A stretch of 64,000 bases of DNA from a virus (Duplodnaviria > Caudoviricetes), in IMG/VR virus record IMGVR_UViG_3300029288_000106, positions 41,264 to 105,263 of that record, one strand, 5' to 3'. Under the pieces are notes generated by a model. That model did not search any database. It had not been told where the DNA came from and saw nothing but the letters and a program-made list of their open reading frames with translations. The stretch's first letter is position 1, and each line of letters opens with the position of its first letter. Made by a program: the position numbers and the translations under genes. Positions 28,984 through 39,202 of the stretch are shown here, piece after piece.

Positions 28984-29788
28984 TCAAGCATTCTTTCATC
29001 CATTTAACAATATACCCTGGAGAACAAGATCTATCAAATAGCTTTTGAGCTTCACTTCCTACCTTCAAACAGATATCTCTATTCTTTTCACAAAAATCAA
29101 TCTTTTCTACTAAATCACTAAAATCATCTTTGCACTCAATATAATGTTGATTTGCAATAACATCATTTCCAAATGCTAATGTGGCATCAATTTTAGGAGA
29201 AATAGTACAACAACCAAATCCCATAAATTGTAAATGACTTCTATCCAATATGTTAATCCTTGCTCCTGGAACACTAACTAAAACCATACAATTGTATATT
29301 AGATCAAAAAATTTAGTTTGTGGAGATCTGTGATTAATTTCAGCCCTACTTTTATATACTTTTTTCAATAAATCTTGAACATACTGCCGTCTTTCTTTTG
29401 CATTTCCTCCTGGCCGATTTGTACAAATAATTTGATTTGCTACTTTATACCTAAACGTACTTCTCAAAGTATAAAAAACCACCCAATTATAAAAACTGAC
29501 TGGACCAATCGGATAAACATTTTTTAACTCTCCATTTCGTTGCTTAGAATAATGAAATTTGAAATATGGTTCTTTCTGATCATATAAATGACAAATATGA
29601 TAATGATCGCTAAAGTCAATCCAAACTCGTTGCCCATCTACAAATATATGAAAACAAACTTCACTTACGTACTTTGCATTAAACATTTCAATCTCAATAC
29701 CAGCGTAACGCAAAAGATTTAACAAATACATATAATGAGTATTATAATATTTTATATTTCCTGTATTAGCTGGAAATAATATTTTCAT
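28976..29788 (-). CDS. GT-B-fold glycosyltransferase-like protein
   Basis: VPG....DR....MGFGC, HYI.C..DFSDL.EKI C-terminal pattern. Confidence 0.65.
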   Translation of the reverse strand: MKILFPANTGNIKYYNTHYMYLLNLLRYAGIEIEMFNAKYVSEVCFHIFVDGQRVWIDFSDHYHICHLYDQKEPYFKFHYSKQRNGELKNVYPIGPVSFYNWVVFYTLRSTFRYKVANQIICTNRPGGNAKERRQYVQDLLKKVYKSRAEINHRSPQTKFFDLIYNCMVLVSVPGARINILDRSHLQFMGFGCCTISPKIDATLAFGNDVIANQHYIECKDDFSDLVEKIDFCEKNRDICLKVGSEAQKLFDRSCSPGYIVKWMKECLNA

Positions 29789-30444
29789 TTTAATACCTTA
29801 TTTATATCTTGATATTCAATTATATTATTCAACCGACTTTTATCTGACAATGAAATCACTTGAATATCTGTTTCTTGTTTTAGCTGCTGGAGACCTGAAA
29901 CAAAATATTGATAATATATTTCAAGTAATCCACTAAATTTATCTATCCTTGTTGTGTAACATCTATGGTAATGAGTACGGTTATTATCTGACATGCACAT
30001 ATCATAACCAAGAAGATAAATTGTTTTATATCCAAGCAATATAGCTAGTTGAAGAGCACAATATCCACTGTTTAAACCCGTTCGAAAATCTTTGAAAGTA
30101 TAACCAAAACCATCAACTTTTCTACTCTTGATTATCATATCAAAATTAGAAAGGTCATAAATTAATTGATGTTTAGTATCTATTATTCTTCCATCTTGCT
30201 CTTCCATAAAGTTAAAATACATAGCTGCTACAAATATCTTAGCAGTATTGATTGGTTTGATATTTATATTTTTCCTGGAGAAAAGGAAATCAGTAGTAAT
30301 AAAATAATCAGGATTAGGTACATCTACAATTGCTTTATTTACTACAATTGTCCATCGATCTTGAAGCAAGGAGAAGTTAAAATTGCTTAACGATGGTCCT
30401 CCACCAACGAGAAAAACCGAATTCTCTAATTTTTGCTCTTTCAT
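29785..30444 (-). CDS. MAF/DUF115/GT-D-like glycosyltransferase-related protein
   Basis: VGGGPSL, VNKA, NSGY.ALQLA..LG...IYLLGYD, HYH; real start is probably the ATG at 30444. Confidence 0.7.
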   Translation of the reverse strand: MKEQKLENSVFLVGGGPSLSNFNFSLLQDRWTIVVNKAIVDVPNPDYFITTDFLFSRKNINIKPINTAKIFVAAMYFNFMEEQDGRIIDTKHQLIYDLSNFDMIIKSRKVDGFGYTFKDFRTGLNSGYCALQLAILLGYKTIYLLGYDMCMSDNNRTHYHRCYTTRIDKFSGLLEIYYQYFVSGLQQLKQETDIQVISLSDKSRLNNIIEYQDINKVLK

Positions 30445-30451
30445 TCTCTTT

Positions 30452-30510
30452 TTAGTATATACTTTGGTATTAACCAGTAGAAGATCTCTTAGGAGCACGC
30501 GTGCTCCTAG
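30452..30510 (+). repeat. intergenic palindrome element (core 30493-30506; 20-bp perfect palindrome 30490-30509), inverted relative to local transcription
   Basis: GTATTAACCAGTAGAAGATCTCTTAGGAGCACGCGTGCTCCTAG. Confidence 0.9.
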
Positions 30511-31199
30511 GTTCTTAATACCTGGTCTAGAGTACTAAATCTAAAACACTTAAGATTACTGTTAAGATTTAAATTTAACACAAATTTTCCATTTTCCCTT
30601 AACGTGGGAGCAATAATATCAAAACTATTTCTAAAACTATCAAGTTTTCTCTGAAATTGAATTCTATCGTGGCCATATCCTTCATGCCAATGAGATCTAC
30701 TATCTGATTTGAAAGGATTACCTTCTACTCGCATATCATAGCCAAGAAGATAAATTGGATTGCAGCCAAGTGCTACAGCTAACATCAAAGCACCATATCC
30801 TGAATTACTAGCTGTATAAATACCTTCTTCAACAGAATTACTTAATCCCTCAACCCCTTTTCTTCGAATCACTTTAACTCCATCTAATTTTACATTTGCT
30901 CCCGGATCAACTGTTATCTGAATTCCATTAAACTCTTTCCAAGCTTTATTCATTTTCTCCCAACTATTATTTTTACTGGTTGAAAGAATACAATTATTGT
31001 AGAATTTAATATCCATAAAGAAATTAATATCTACAGAATATCTTGAAAATGCTTTGTTTGTACCAATTGTGTTCTCATTTTGAATTAAAGAAAAATCTAA
31101 GTTTAATAAACTTGGACCTCCTCCTAAGATAAAACATCTTCTACCTTTCCATTTATTTAAGTCAAAATCAGTTGATTTTAAGTAATTAAACTTACTCAT
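30507..31199 (-). CDS. MAF/DUF115/GT-D-like glycosyltransferase-related protein (paralog)
   Basis: LGGGPSL, NSGYGA..LA..LG...IYLLGYD, HWH. Confidence 0.7.
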   Translation of the reverse strand: MSKFNYLKSTDFDLNKWKGRRCFILGGGPSLLNLDFSLIQNENTIGTNKAFSRYSVDINFFMDIKFYNNCILSTSKNNSWEKMNKAWKEFNGIQITVDPGANVKLDGVKVIRRKGVEGLSNSVEEGIYTASNSGYGALMLAVALGCNPIYLLGYDMRVEGNPFKSDSRSHWHEGYGHDRIQFQRKLDSFRNSFDIIAPTLRENGKFVLNLNLNSNLKCFRFSTLDQVLRT

Positions 31200-32455
31200 T
31201 ATGATGGAATAGTCCTTAATCTAACAATAATAATTCTTCGCCAGGTACACCATAATGAGCCATTATTCTTACAATACTGTAACTTGTAGGTATGATTCCC
31301 TACTGACGGAGTAACATAACTCATAACAGGAGGTGTGCCGTGAGCATAATAACCTGATCCCATGCCAGATTCATCAAGAACAGTTGAATCTTCTAATAAC
31401 CTACATTTCCATCTCGCACCACTATGATCTGCCCACAAATCTCCTACTGAAGCATGTATAGCTGAAGCCATAGAACCTAGTATTAGCAATGATTCACCAG
31501 ATACAACTGTTATTGTTTTTGTTACACCAGACAAATCAGTCCATACTTCATCTGCAGCATTAAGATTAATTGCTGACGAAAGCACAACGTTTTCTACAGA
31601 ATGAATCATTTTTCCGGCGAAAGAAGCTAATAAAGCTAATTGTCCAGCTGTATTAAAACCAATAGTTGTCCGATCAGGAGTAAGAGCAGCAGATAAAAAT
31701 GGACGTGTATCTTTAATCATTGCTTGAGTTATCTCTGAAGTTCCAGAAGGAATAGCTATCTCTGCAATAACTTGTTTTCCAGCATACGCTGGAACACTAG
31801 TATTTCCTGCTGTATCAACTATAGCAATTGTTCCTGTAGGAGTTATATAAACAAGTCCATAAGCTGTACCAGAAGTAGGAACACTGAATGCCGATGGAGT
31901 TTGATCTGTAGCTATATATACATAACCAGAATTTGTTATCCACCACCCTGCTTTTACTCGAACTTTCAATTTATCAACCATGAAAGAATCTGGAGCTATA
32001 ACTTTTAGAAATGATTCTTGTGTATTAGGTTCGCTTCTATACAAAACAGAAGCACTACCATAACTAAATCCCCAAGTAGTAGTCCAAGTTACCTTTCCAA
32101 CAATCAGATCTGTAGCAAGAATATTAGCTGAGCTCTTTAATGATACTTCAAGATAATCATCAGCAGCCACTCCTGTATAAGTCCAACTCAACACTACATA
32201 TTTACCACTATCTCCGGCTACAACAGATATTGAAATAATATCTGCGGTTTCAACTCGTACTTGATAGCCATTCGAATCAGCTATTTCACAAACAAATTGA
32301 GATAGCTGTATTGTGGAAGCATTAATATGTTTAAGATAACCACCTCTATATATACCTACGGGCCAAACCTCATGCTGTCGTTCATTGAGATTTCTAGAAG
32401 CAGCTTCTGTGTAATACAAAAGTGTTACGGTTTGTGATCCTGTATTTGCGCCCAT
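31199..32455 (-). CDS. tail fibre / distal baseplate protein
   Basis: Position after baseplate genes; beta-rich, S/T/G-rich; IAEIAIPSGT..IT...I.D.R motif common in tail proteins. Confidence 0.55.
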   Translation of the reverse strand: MGANTGSQTVTLLYYTEAASRNLNERQHEVWPVGIYRGGYLKHINASTIQLSQFVCEIADSNGYQVRVETADIISISVVAGDSGKYVVLSWTYTGVAADDYLEVSLKSSANILATDLIVGKVTWTTTWGFSYGSASVLYRSEPNTQESFLKVIAPDSFMVDKLKVRVKAGWWITNSGYVYIATDQTPSAFSVPTSGTAYGLVYITPTGTIAIVDTAGNTSVPAYAGKQVIAEIAIPSGTSEITQAMIKDTRPFLSAALTPDRTTIGFNTAGQLALLASFAGKMIHSVENVVLSSAINLNAADEVWTDLSGVTKTITVVSGESLLILGSMASAIHASVGDLWADHSGARWKCRLLEDSTVLDESGMGSGYYAHGTPPVMSYVTPSVGNHTYKLQYCKNNGSLWCTWRRIIIVRLRTIPS

Positions 32456-32467
32456 AATTCAAATCCT

Positions 32468-33523
32468 TTATACTAAAGATTTCTTATACAACCTAACTTT
32501 AACAACCATTTCAGTACTTGAATCAAGATCTATTGAAGGAAATTCAGATAGTATTTCAAGAACATCTGGAGTTCCTGGTGTGTATAAACCTAATTCATTT
32601 AAACCTAATCCAGCTAAAGCTTTTGGTATTGTAAATTCAAATTGATAATATTCTCCTTCATCAGTTATTTTAGAAGGATCAATTGATCCTGTGAGTATAG
32701 GATTGATAATATCTGTAAAACCACTACCACCAGGTAAAATATGAGTGGTATTACCATCTCCTAATACCCATTTGGTTATTCCTTCTATATAACCTGAAAT
32801 TGATGTATCAAAATACTTTCCTTCGTCAAAATACCAATTCAAACCTGATCCTTCAGCTTCTCCATCAAGATGAAGTGTCCCTTCCGGAAAAGTTCCTACA
32901 AATTTTGTATTTATCTCCCCTTCTACTTGATATACATTCGCTGGAATATCACACCAAGGATTAATAAAAAGAATGTAGTGTGGAACAGTATGAACAGGTC
33001 GAGTTTTTTCCACATATAGTCTTAAATTATTAGCATAACTTGCATTCCAAAGATGTCTATATGCTATTGTAGCTGTGGCTTCATATACATGATTTAAATT
33101 AATCCAAGCACCAAAGTGAGGACTTTTATAATAAGAACTATCTAATCCTAAAGGATTATCTCCTCTTGATTTTCCTGAAAACCATGGAACATTTATAAAT
33201 GCTATATAATCATTAGTATACATATCATAAAATGTTATATTCAGATTTAACATCAGCCCTATAATTTGTAGTGAGCGATATGTTCCTTTTGCTTTATACC
33301 AATCAATTGTTTGAACAACTGATGATCGTAATTGAGAAACTTGAATTTCATCAGTAGAATCGTAATCACTACTGACAGGAAAACCAAGTAATTTAGAAAG
33401 ATGAGGAAGATAAGCAGCAGGGCACTTTGCTGGATCAAAGAAATTAGCAATACCATCAATCTTGTCAATCCATTCTCTTATTAATATACTTACAACGTCA
33501 TTAAAATCAGATAATAGACTCAT
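32468..33523 (-). CDS. baseplate wedge protein (P2 gpI / T4 gp7-like)
   Basis: DP.KCP..YLP.L..LLG, WYKAKGT, RPVH motifs. Confidence 0.75.
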   Translation of the reverse strand: MSLLSDFNDVVSILIREWIDKIDGIANFFDPAKCPAAYLPHLSKLLGFPVSSDYDSTDEIQVSQLRSSVVQTIDWYKAKGTYRSLQIIGLMLNLNITFYDMYTNDYIAFINVPWFSGKSRGDNPLGLDSSYYKSPHFGAWINLNHVYEATATIAYRHLWNASYANNLRLYVEKTRPVHTVPHYILFINPWCDIPANVYQVEGEINTKFVGTFPEGTLHLDGEAEGSGLNWYFDEGKYFDTSISGYIEGITKWVLGDGNTTHILPGGSGFTDIINPILTGSIDPSKITDEGEYYQFEFTIPKALAGLGLNELGLYTPGTPDVLEILSEFPSIDLDSSTEMVVKVRLYKKSLV

Positions 33524-33529
33524 AGTCAA

Positions 33530-36500
33530 TTACTCAAAAAATCTAGGTAAATAATTAGTAAGACTAATAGGTTTTCCTGCAACAGTTACATATATTGTAT
33601 CAAAACTAAAACTATAATTATTAATAACTTGAAGAGAAAGCTTGTGTCGGCCAGGGCTTAATTCAATTATAGGTGTAGCACCTAATGCAATTATTTGTCC
33701 ATTTTCATACCATATATAATCAGTTATTATACCAACTGGTGAAGAAGAAGCTTCAGCATTTAATTGTATTGAAGTTCTATCAGAATAAGCAATTTCAATG
33801 TCTTCTCCGGCATTTGCAATTGGTTGAGTTTCAGCTGTATTAGAAGCTACCTCTGAATAATCTGAATATACACCTATATCTGATTGATATTCAGAATTAT
33901 TATAAGCTCTTATCTTATAGTAGTAAATAATATCTGCTATTATATCTGTATCATCGTAAGTAGTTTCATTGGTTGTATTGATAAGGGTATATATATCTTG
34001 ATCAGTTGATCTGTATATTTCATAACCATCTGCACTTTCTGATGCTATCCAAACTAATTCATTTTTTAAAGGAGAAGTAGCAGGATAGACAATAAGATTA
34101 GAAGGTGTGGTAGGACTAGAAGGAAGAGTGTAGAAATAAAATACCTCAGACCAATCTGTTTCAATTAATGATAAACTATCTCTTGCTTTAATTCTAAATC
34201 CATATAAAGTATCAGAATCAAGACCAGAAAAATTATAAAATTTATTAGTTATCCAGCTACTAGCTTCAACATCAGAATCTATACATTCAAAATAATATTC
34301 TGGGGTATTAACAGATTCTGCTGTTGTTGCTGATATAGTAATACTACTTGAAGTTATGATAGAATCTTCTTCAGCTGTCATTGGATCAGGACTTGGAGGT
34401 AAAGCTTGAGTAACTGTATTTGAATAATCGGAGTAAGAAGTTAAGCTAGAAGAAGCACTCAAAGTGATTGTTTTAATTTTATAACTATATGTTCCACCAG
34501 GTAAAACAGTGGTATCATCATAATTATCTACTTCTCCTACTGTATCAAGCAAGGTAAACTCAGCATCATTAGCTTCTTTTCTATAAATTTGATATCCAGT
34601 TGCTTCTGCTATTTCTGTCCAAGTTAGTACTGTATGACTATTATCGTATTCATCTACAGCCAAATCTGATACTACATCAGGCACAGCGGGGTAAGTATAA
34701 GCATAGGCATAAGAAGACTGCGCAGTTTCTTCTAAAGTAACTGAATTTCTAGCTTTTACCTTAAATCCATATTGAGTATCTGAATCAAGACCAGAAGGCT
34801 GATATTCTCTAGAAGCTTGCCAAGCAGAATCAAAGCTATCATCGTCGCAGTCAAATTGATATTCAACACTATCTGGCGCAGTTGCTAATGAAGCCGTCAT
34901 AGTTATTTCATCACTGTCAACAGCAGTAGGGGCAGAGGAAAAAGTCATTGGATCTGGACTGGGTATTGTAGTAGTAGCAGCAGAAACCTCGTCGCAGTAA
35001 TCAGAATATGAAGTTAATCCAGAAGGAGCATACGTAGTTAATGCTTTCAACTTATAATAGTAAGTAACACCTGGAGTTAATCCACTATTCTCATAAGCAG
35101 CAACATCCCCAACTGTATCAAATAAACTATATGCTCCTGCTCCTACTTTTCTATAAATTTGGTAGCCAGTAGCTCCAGATGATTTAGTCCATGACAGATC
35201 TATTCTTACATTACTAATAACACTAGGAGTTAAATCAGTTGGTGCATCAGGAGTAGTAGGATAAGTATAAGCAGCAGCACCAGAAGAAGCTGTTCCTTCT
35301 ATTTGTGATACTGCTGTTCTTGTTTTAACTGTAAATGTATATTGAGTACTTGGAGATAACGTATTAGGAGTATAGGTAGGATTTGCCTGCCACGAACTAC
35401 TTTTACTTCCATCAGTAGTACAAGTAAATAGATATTCTACAGATTCAAGTGGATGTGACGCTGTCGTAGCAGTCATCGTTACAGAAGTACTACTAACTGG
35501 AGCAGGAGCAGAAGAAAACGTAGCAGGATTTGGTGTTGGTGCAGCTGTTGTGGTAGCACTAGCGAAAGGCGTTGAATAATCTGAATAAGAAGTTAAACCA
35601 GATGATGCTCCAGTTTTCTTTGATCTTATTATATAGTAATATGTAGTGTTAGACGATAATCCTGTATTATTATAAGATGCAACATCGCCCAGAGAAATTA
35701 ATAAACCCCAAGACCCACCTGAGCCTGTTTTACGATAGATATCATAACCAGTAGCGCCAGAAGCTTTTGTCCAAGATAAATCTATTTGAGAAGAGCTAAC
35801 TCTAGTAGCAGTAACACTCGTCGGTGCTGCTGGAACGGATGGATAAGTATATGCATATGCGTATGATGATTGTGCAGTTTCTAATAAAGTACTTGAATCT
35901 CTAGCTTTTACTCTGAAACCATATTGAGTATTAGCTGTCAATCCAGAAGGAGTATAGATAGGATTTGCTTGCCAAGAAGAATCAAAACTATCATCGTCAC
36001 AATCAAATTGATATTCAGCTGACCCTGTATCTGGAGTAGCTGTAGTAGCAGTCATGGTAATTTCATCACTATCAACTGCAGTAGGAGCAGAAGAAAAAGT
36101 CATTGGATCAGGAGTAGGAGGAGTAGCTGCTGGTTTAATAACAAGAGTATATCCCAGATTCTCTTCAACAGCTGTTAAAGCAAACGTCGCATATCCTGTT
36201 CTTCCTGCAAGAGGCATTGCTATATAAGCAGCTCCACCAGAAACAGTATCACCAGATGATCCACTTTCATCAATAATAATACCAGTATGACTCATTGGCA
36301 AGCCTGCACCAGTGCCGGGATAAATATACACATCATCATCATCAGCAGCAAATAAACGTAAAACTATACAATTATCAACAGGAGTTAAAACACTCGGTAA
36401 AGCTACTATGGAATCAACGGTAGTGGTATATCTAGCATAACCATAAAACGTACTGTTTGACAATCGTATAATAAAACCAAACGCATCTGATGCCTCACCA

Positions 36501-36778
36501 CCCCAGACAAAAGTGCTTGATCCTTCACTGGCTGATGCATATTTATAAAGCAAGTCACAAGTAACTCCAGCAGAATCTGGAGCTGGGCTTGGATTGTATT
36601 TGTGATCTGTATGAGTAAATCCACTACAAGTTGCGGCATAGGTAGTAGATTTATTTCTAACAATGAAAGCAATTAAAAGATCCCCTTCTTCAGTACCATA
36701 TGGTACAGGTATAGTTAAATTATTATCAGCAGTACTTTGCTTTGAATAACTAAAACTTTCATAAGCTGGAGTTATCAT
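33530..36778 (-). CDS. large fibronectin type III repeat virion protein with C-terminal PKD-like domain
   Basis: Alternating PDPMTF..P...ITMTA..EY.F..W...Y...GL...T.Y.F.VK.R units and FN3 units (I.LSW....ATGY.IYR); terminal PIANAGED module. Confidence 0.85.
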   Translation of the reverse strand: MITPAYESFSYSKQSTADNNLTIPVPYGTEEGDLLIAFIVRNKSTTYAATCSGFTHTDHKYNPSPAPDSAGVTCDLLYKYASASEGSSTFVWGGEASDAFGFIIRLSNSTFYGYARYTTTVDSIVALPSVLTPVDNCIVLRLFAADDDDVYIYPGTGAGLPMSHTGIIIDESGSSGDTVSGGAAYIAMPLAGRTGYATFALTAVEENLGYTLVIKPAATPPTPDPMTFSSAPTAVDSDEITMTATTATPDTGSAEYQFDCDDDSFDSSWQANPIYTPSGLTANTQYGFRVKARDSSTLLETAQSSYAYAYTYPSVPAAPTSVTATRVSSSQIDLSWTKASGATGYDIYRKTGSGGSWGLLISLGDVASYNNTGLSSNTTYYYIIRSKKTGASSGLTSYSDYSTPFASATTTAAPTPNPATFSSAPAPVSSTSVTMTATTASHPLESVEYLFTCTTDGSKSSSWQANPTYTPNTLSPSTQYTFTVKTRTAVSQIEGTASSGAAAYTYPTTPDAPTDLTPSVISNVRIDLSWTKSSGATGYQIYRKVGAGAYSLFDTVGDVAAYENSGLTPGVTYYYKLKALTTYAPSGLTSYSDYCDEVSAATTTIPSPDPMTFSSAPTAVDSDEITMTASLATAPDSVEYQFDCDDDSFDSAWQASREYQPSGLDSDTQYGFKVKARNSVTLEETAQSSYAYAYTYPAVPDVVSDLAVDEYDNSHTVLTWTEIAEATGYQIYRKEANDAEFTLLDTVGEVDNYDDTTVLPGGTYSYKIKTITLSASSSLTSYSDYSNTVTQALPPSPDPMTAEEDSIITSSSITISATTAESVNTPEYYFECIDSDVEASSWITNKFYNFSGLDSDTLYGFRIKARDSLSLIETDWSEVFYFYTLPSSPTTPSNLIVYPATSPLKNELVWIASESADGYEIYRSTDQDIYTLINTTNETTYDDTDIIADIIYYYKIRAYNNSEYQSDIGVYSDYSEVASNTAETQPIANAGEDIEIAYSDRTSIQLNAEASSSPVGIITDYIWYENGQIIALGATPIIELSPGRHKLSLQVINNYSFSFDTIYVTVAGKPISLTNYLPRFFE

Positions 36779-36781
36779 GTA

Positions 36782-38509
36782 TTAACTTTCTCTAACAACT
36801 GATATAAAATCAGTATCATACAATTTACATATTTCATTGAAGTCTGTTACAATATTTCTATCTTCGTCTTGCTGATATCTAGCTGAAACAATATAATCAC
36901 TAACCCCCTCAGCTATATCTATAGCAATTAAACCTGTTGTATAATTAACTGTTCCTGTTACAGTATAATCAGATTCTAAAACAGTTGTAAAAGATCCAGT
37001 ACCATTTCCATTATCTGTATCAACAGAAACTTGAGTATCATCAACAAAAATTCTAACAGATCCTGGAACTATATTTGTTGCTTCAAGTGTAGCTCCAAAA
37101 TCAGTATCTGAATCATATAATGAGGTAAGCTGTTTGTAAATTTCAAAATACATATTTAGATATGATACTGAAGCAAGAGCATCAAGAGCTTGAAGCACAT
37201 TACTATATTTAATCATTGTTCCGAGTTTAGTGGTATCCCCAAGTAAAAATTGATTTGCTAACTCTGTTTCAACAGCAGATTGTCCCTCTGCTAATGAATA
37301 ACCACTTGTAACTATTAATTCAATAACAGGAATTATATTTAATATAGTTGCTGCAATAAATTCATATTTTACAGTAAGCATTGATTGATTGCGTATATAA
37401 ATAGAAACAAGTTCTTCAAAATTATCATCTGGTAATTGCCACTCTTGTAAAACTAATGAAATGTAAACTTTATTTAGTGATTCATAATCTGCATCTTCTC
37501 CAGCTGCTTCAGCTTCTTCTAGTTCGCCCCAAACATTCGAATCTGCAACTCCTGGATAATTATCAAGTATTGCCATAAAATCGTCTTTAGTTACAGCTCT
37601 ATCTCCTGTAGCAAATACTCTTGGTGCCTCATAAGCTATTTCTTCAGCTGTTTCTGCATCATCACCACCTAAAAATAAACCAGGATTAGTTACAGTAATA
37701 TTTGAAACAGCTTCATTGTCTTCATTATAGATTGTATTATTTAATATTGTTACATTATCTGTATTATATACATTTCCATCTATACCATCAGTCTTTATGT
37801 ATTTAACAATTATTGTTTCACCGGAAGTTGGTATTGCTCCTTTAATTCCATTTCCAAACCTAATTGTAATTGTATCATCAGTGTTTTGTGTTACAGTATA
37901 ATGTTTTGAAGAAGATATACTTTCAATAAATGAAGTTACAGGTGTCCATTCTTCGTTATCAATAAGTATACGTAAACTCGGATTATTTGTATCTGCTGAA
38001 TTTTCTACATCTATATCAGATATATTAAATTCTTGATCAGTTGTTCCATCCGAAACAAAATTTACTTCAGTTAATTCTCCTTGAATTGAAAGTACGTCAA
38101 CAAATGTATTACCCGGATTAATAGCACTTTCCTCATTTGTAGTATATTTTCGTCCATTTGCTGTTTGGCATTCAGTGTATTTAGGAATGTATACAATTTT
38201 TGAACTTGCAGCAGAAATTGTAAATCGAATATACCCAATTGCAGATGTCTGTCTTTTTGGTAAATAATTTATTAATTTCACGAGATTTACAATACTTGAT
38301 TTTAGTTTAGCTGTGTGAATCGTAGACTCTTCTGCTCTGCGATTTATCATGTAATTTACTAAATTTTCTATATAGCAAAAAGCTTCAATTAATTGTTGTC
38401 CTGTACCAGATCTATATGTGTCTTTCCAAGATGCTTTTGCTTTTACTAGATTTTGTAGTTGAATAACTAAAGCATCAAAATCGTAATTTGTATAATCTAA
38501 ATTAGGCAT
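36782..38509 (-). CDS. baseplate wedge subunit (T4 gp6 / baseplate J-like)
   Basis: DYT.YDFD, FGNG..G.IP, GGDDAE..EEI...AP......RAVT.DD. Confidence 0.9.
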   Translation of the reverse strand: MPNLDYTNYDFDALVIQLQNLVKAKASWKDTYRSGTGQQLIEAFCYIENLVNYMINRRAEESTIHTAKLKSSIVNLVKLINYLPKRQTSAIGYIRFTISAASSKIVYIPKYTECQTANGRKYTTNEESAINPGNTFVDVLSIQGELTEVNFVSDGTTDQEFNISDIDVENSADTNNPSLRILIDNEEWTPVTSFIESISSSKHYTVTQNTDDTITIRFGNGIKGAIPTSGETIIVKYIKTDGIDGNVYNTDNVTILNNTIYNEDNEAVSNITVTNPGLFLGGDDAETAEEIAYEAPRVFATGDRAVTKDDFMAILDNYPGVADSNVWGELEEAEAAGEDADYESLNKVYISLVLQEWQLPDDNFEELVSIYIRNQSMLTVKYEFIAATILNIIPVIELIVTSGYSLAEGQSAVETELANQFLLGDTTKLGTMIKYSNVLQALDALASVSYLNMYFEIYKQLTSLYDSDTDFGATLEATNIVPGSVRIFVDDTQVSVDTDNGNGTGSFTTVLESDYTVTGTVNYTTGLIAIDIAEGVSDYIVSARYQQDEDRNIVTDFNEICKLYDTDFISVVRES

Positions 38510-38519
38510 CGTTCAATTC

Positions 38520-38918
38520 CTATACTGCACTAATATTACTTCCGGTTAAAGAAACAGTACGCTCAAATATTTCATCATAACTCTGAATACTAAAATTCAA
38601 TTTTATATCTACAGTATTTCTATCTGGATAAGCAAAAAATGCTATTTTATTAATATTCACTCTATCATCATATAAAGTAATTGCAGTTCTAATTTCATCA
38701 GCAATCTTATCAAAAATAACACTTTGAATATTCTCAAACAGTAAACTTGATAATCTACACCCAAAACTCCTAAACATTACCCGCTCTCCAGGAGTTGTAC
38801 GAAGAATATTTATAACAGAAGATATAACTGCATCTGCATTTATTACTTTTTTTATGCCTCCTTGAGCATCTAAAATCAAATCGTGATGAAGCTCTGACCA
38901 TATTTCAGGTATAGCCAT
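38520..38918 (-). CDS. gp25/GPW baseplate wedge protein
   Basis: NIL.T.PGERV....FG..L..LLFE. Confidence 0.9.
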   Translation of the reverse strand: MAIPEIWSELHHDLILDAQGGIKKVINADAVISSVINILRTTPGERVMFRSFGCRLSSLLFENIQSVIFDKIADEIRTAITLYDDRVNINKIAFFAYPDRNTVDIKLNFSIQSYDEIFERTVSLTGSNISAV

Positions 38919-38921
38919 ATA

Positions 38922-39194
38922 TTACTCCACGTATTCTTTTCTATCAGGAGGTGTAATCTTTGCACCACATCCAGCTGTAGCATCTTCAGTTAATATTAAC
39001 TTATTATTATGATAACTCTTAGTTGTAACAGCTGTAATTGGTGTTACACCATGTCCTATAATAGGACAATCATGCAAAGCATTTTCAACAGCTATTTCAT
39101 CCCCAGCGGAAGTTCTACTACCATCTTGATTGGAAGTAATTATCGTTCCACCATGATCTGAACTATCACCAACACAAGCTATTTTCTTTCCCAT
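38922..39194 (-). CDS. PAAR-like spike tip protein
   Basis: IACVGD...HGG.I, H.CP..GHG, CGA.I. Confidence 0.85.
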   Translation of the reverse strand: MGKKIACVGDSSDHGGTIITSNQDGSRTSAGDEIAVENALHDCPIIGHGVTPITAVTTKSYHNNKLILTEDATAGCGAKITPPDRKEYVE

Positions 39195-39202
39195 ATATCC
39201 TC

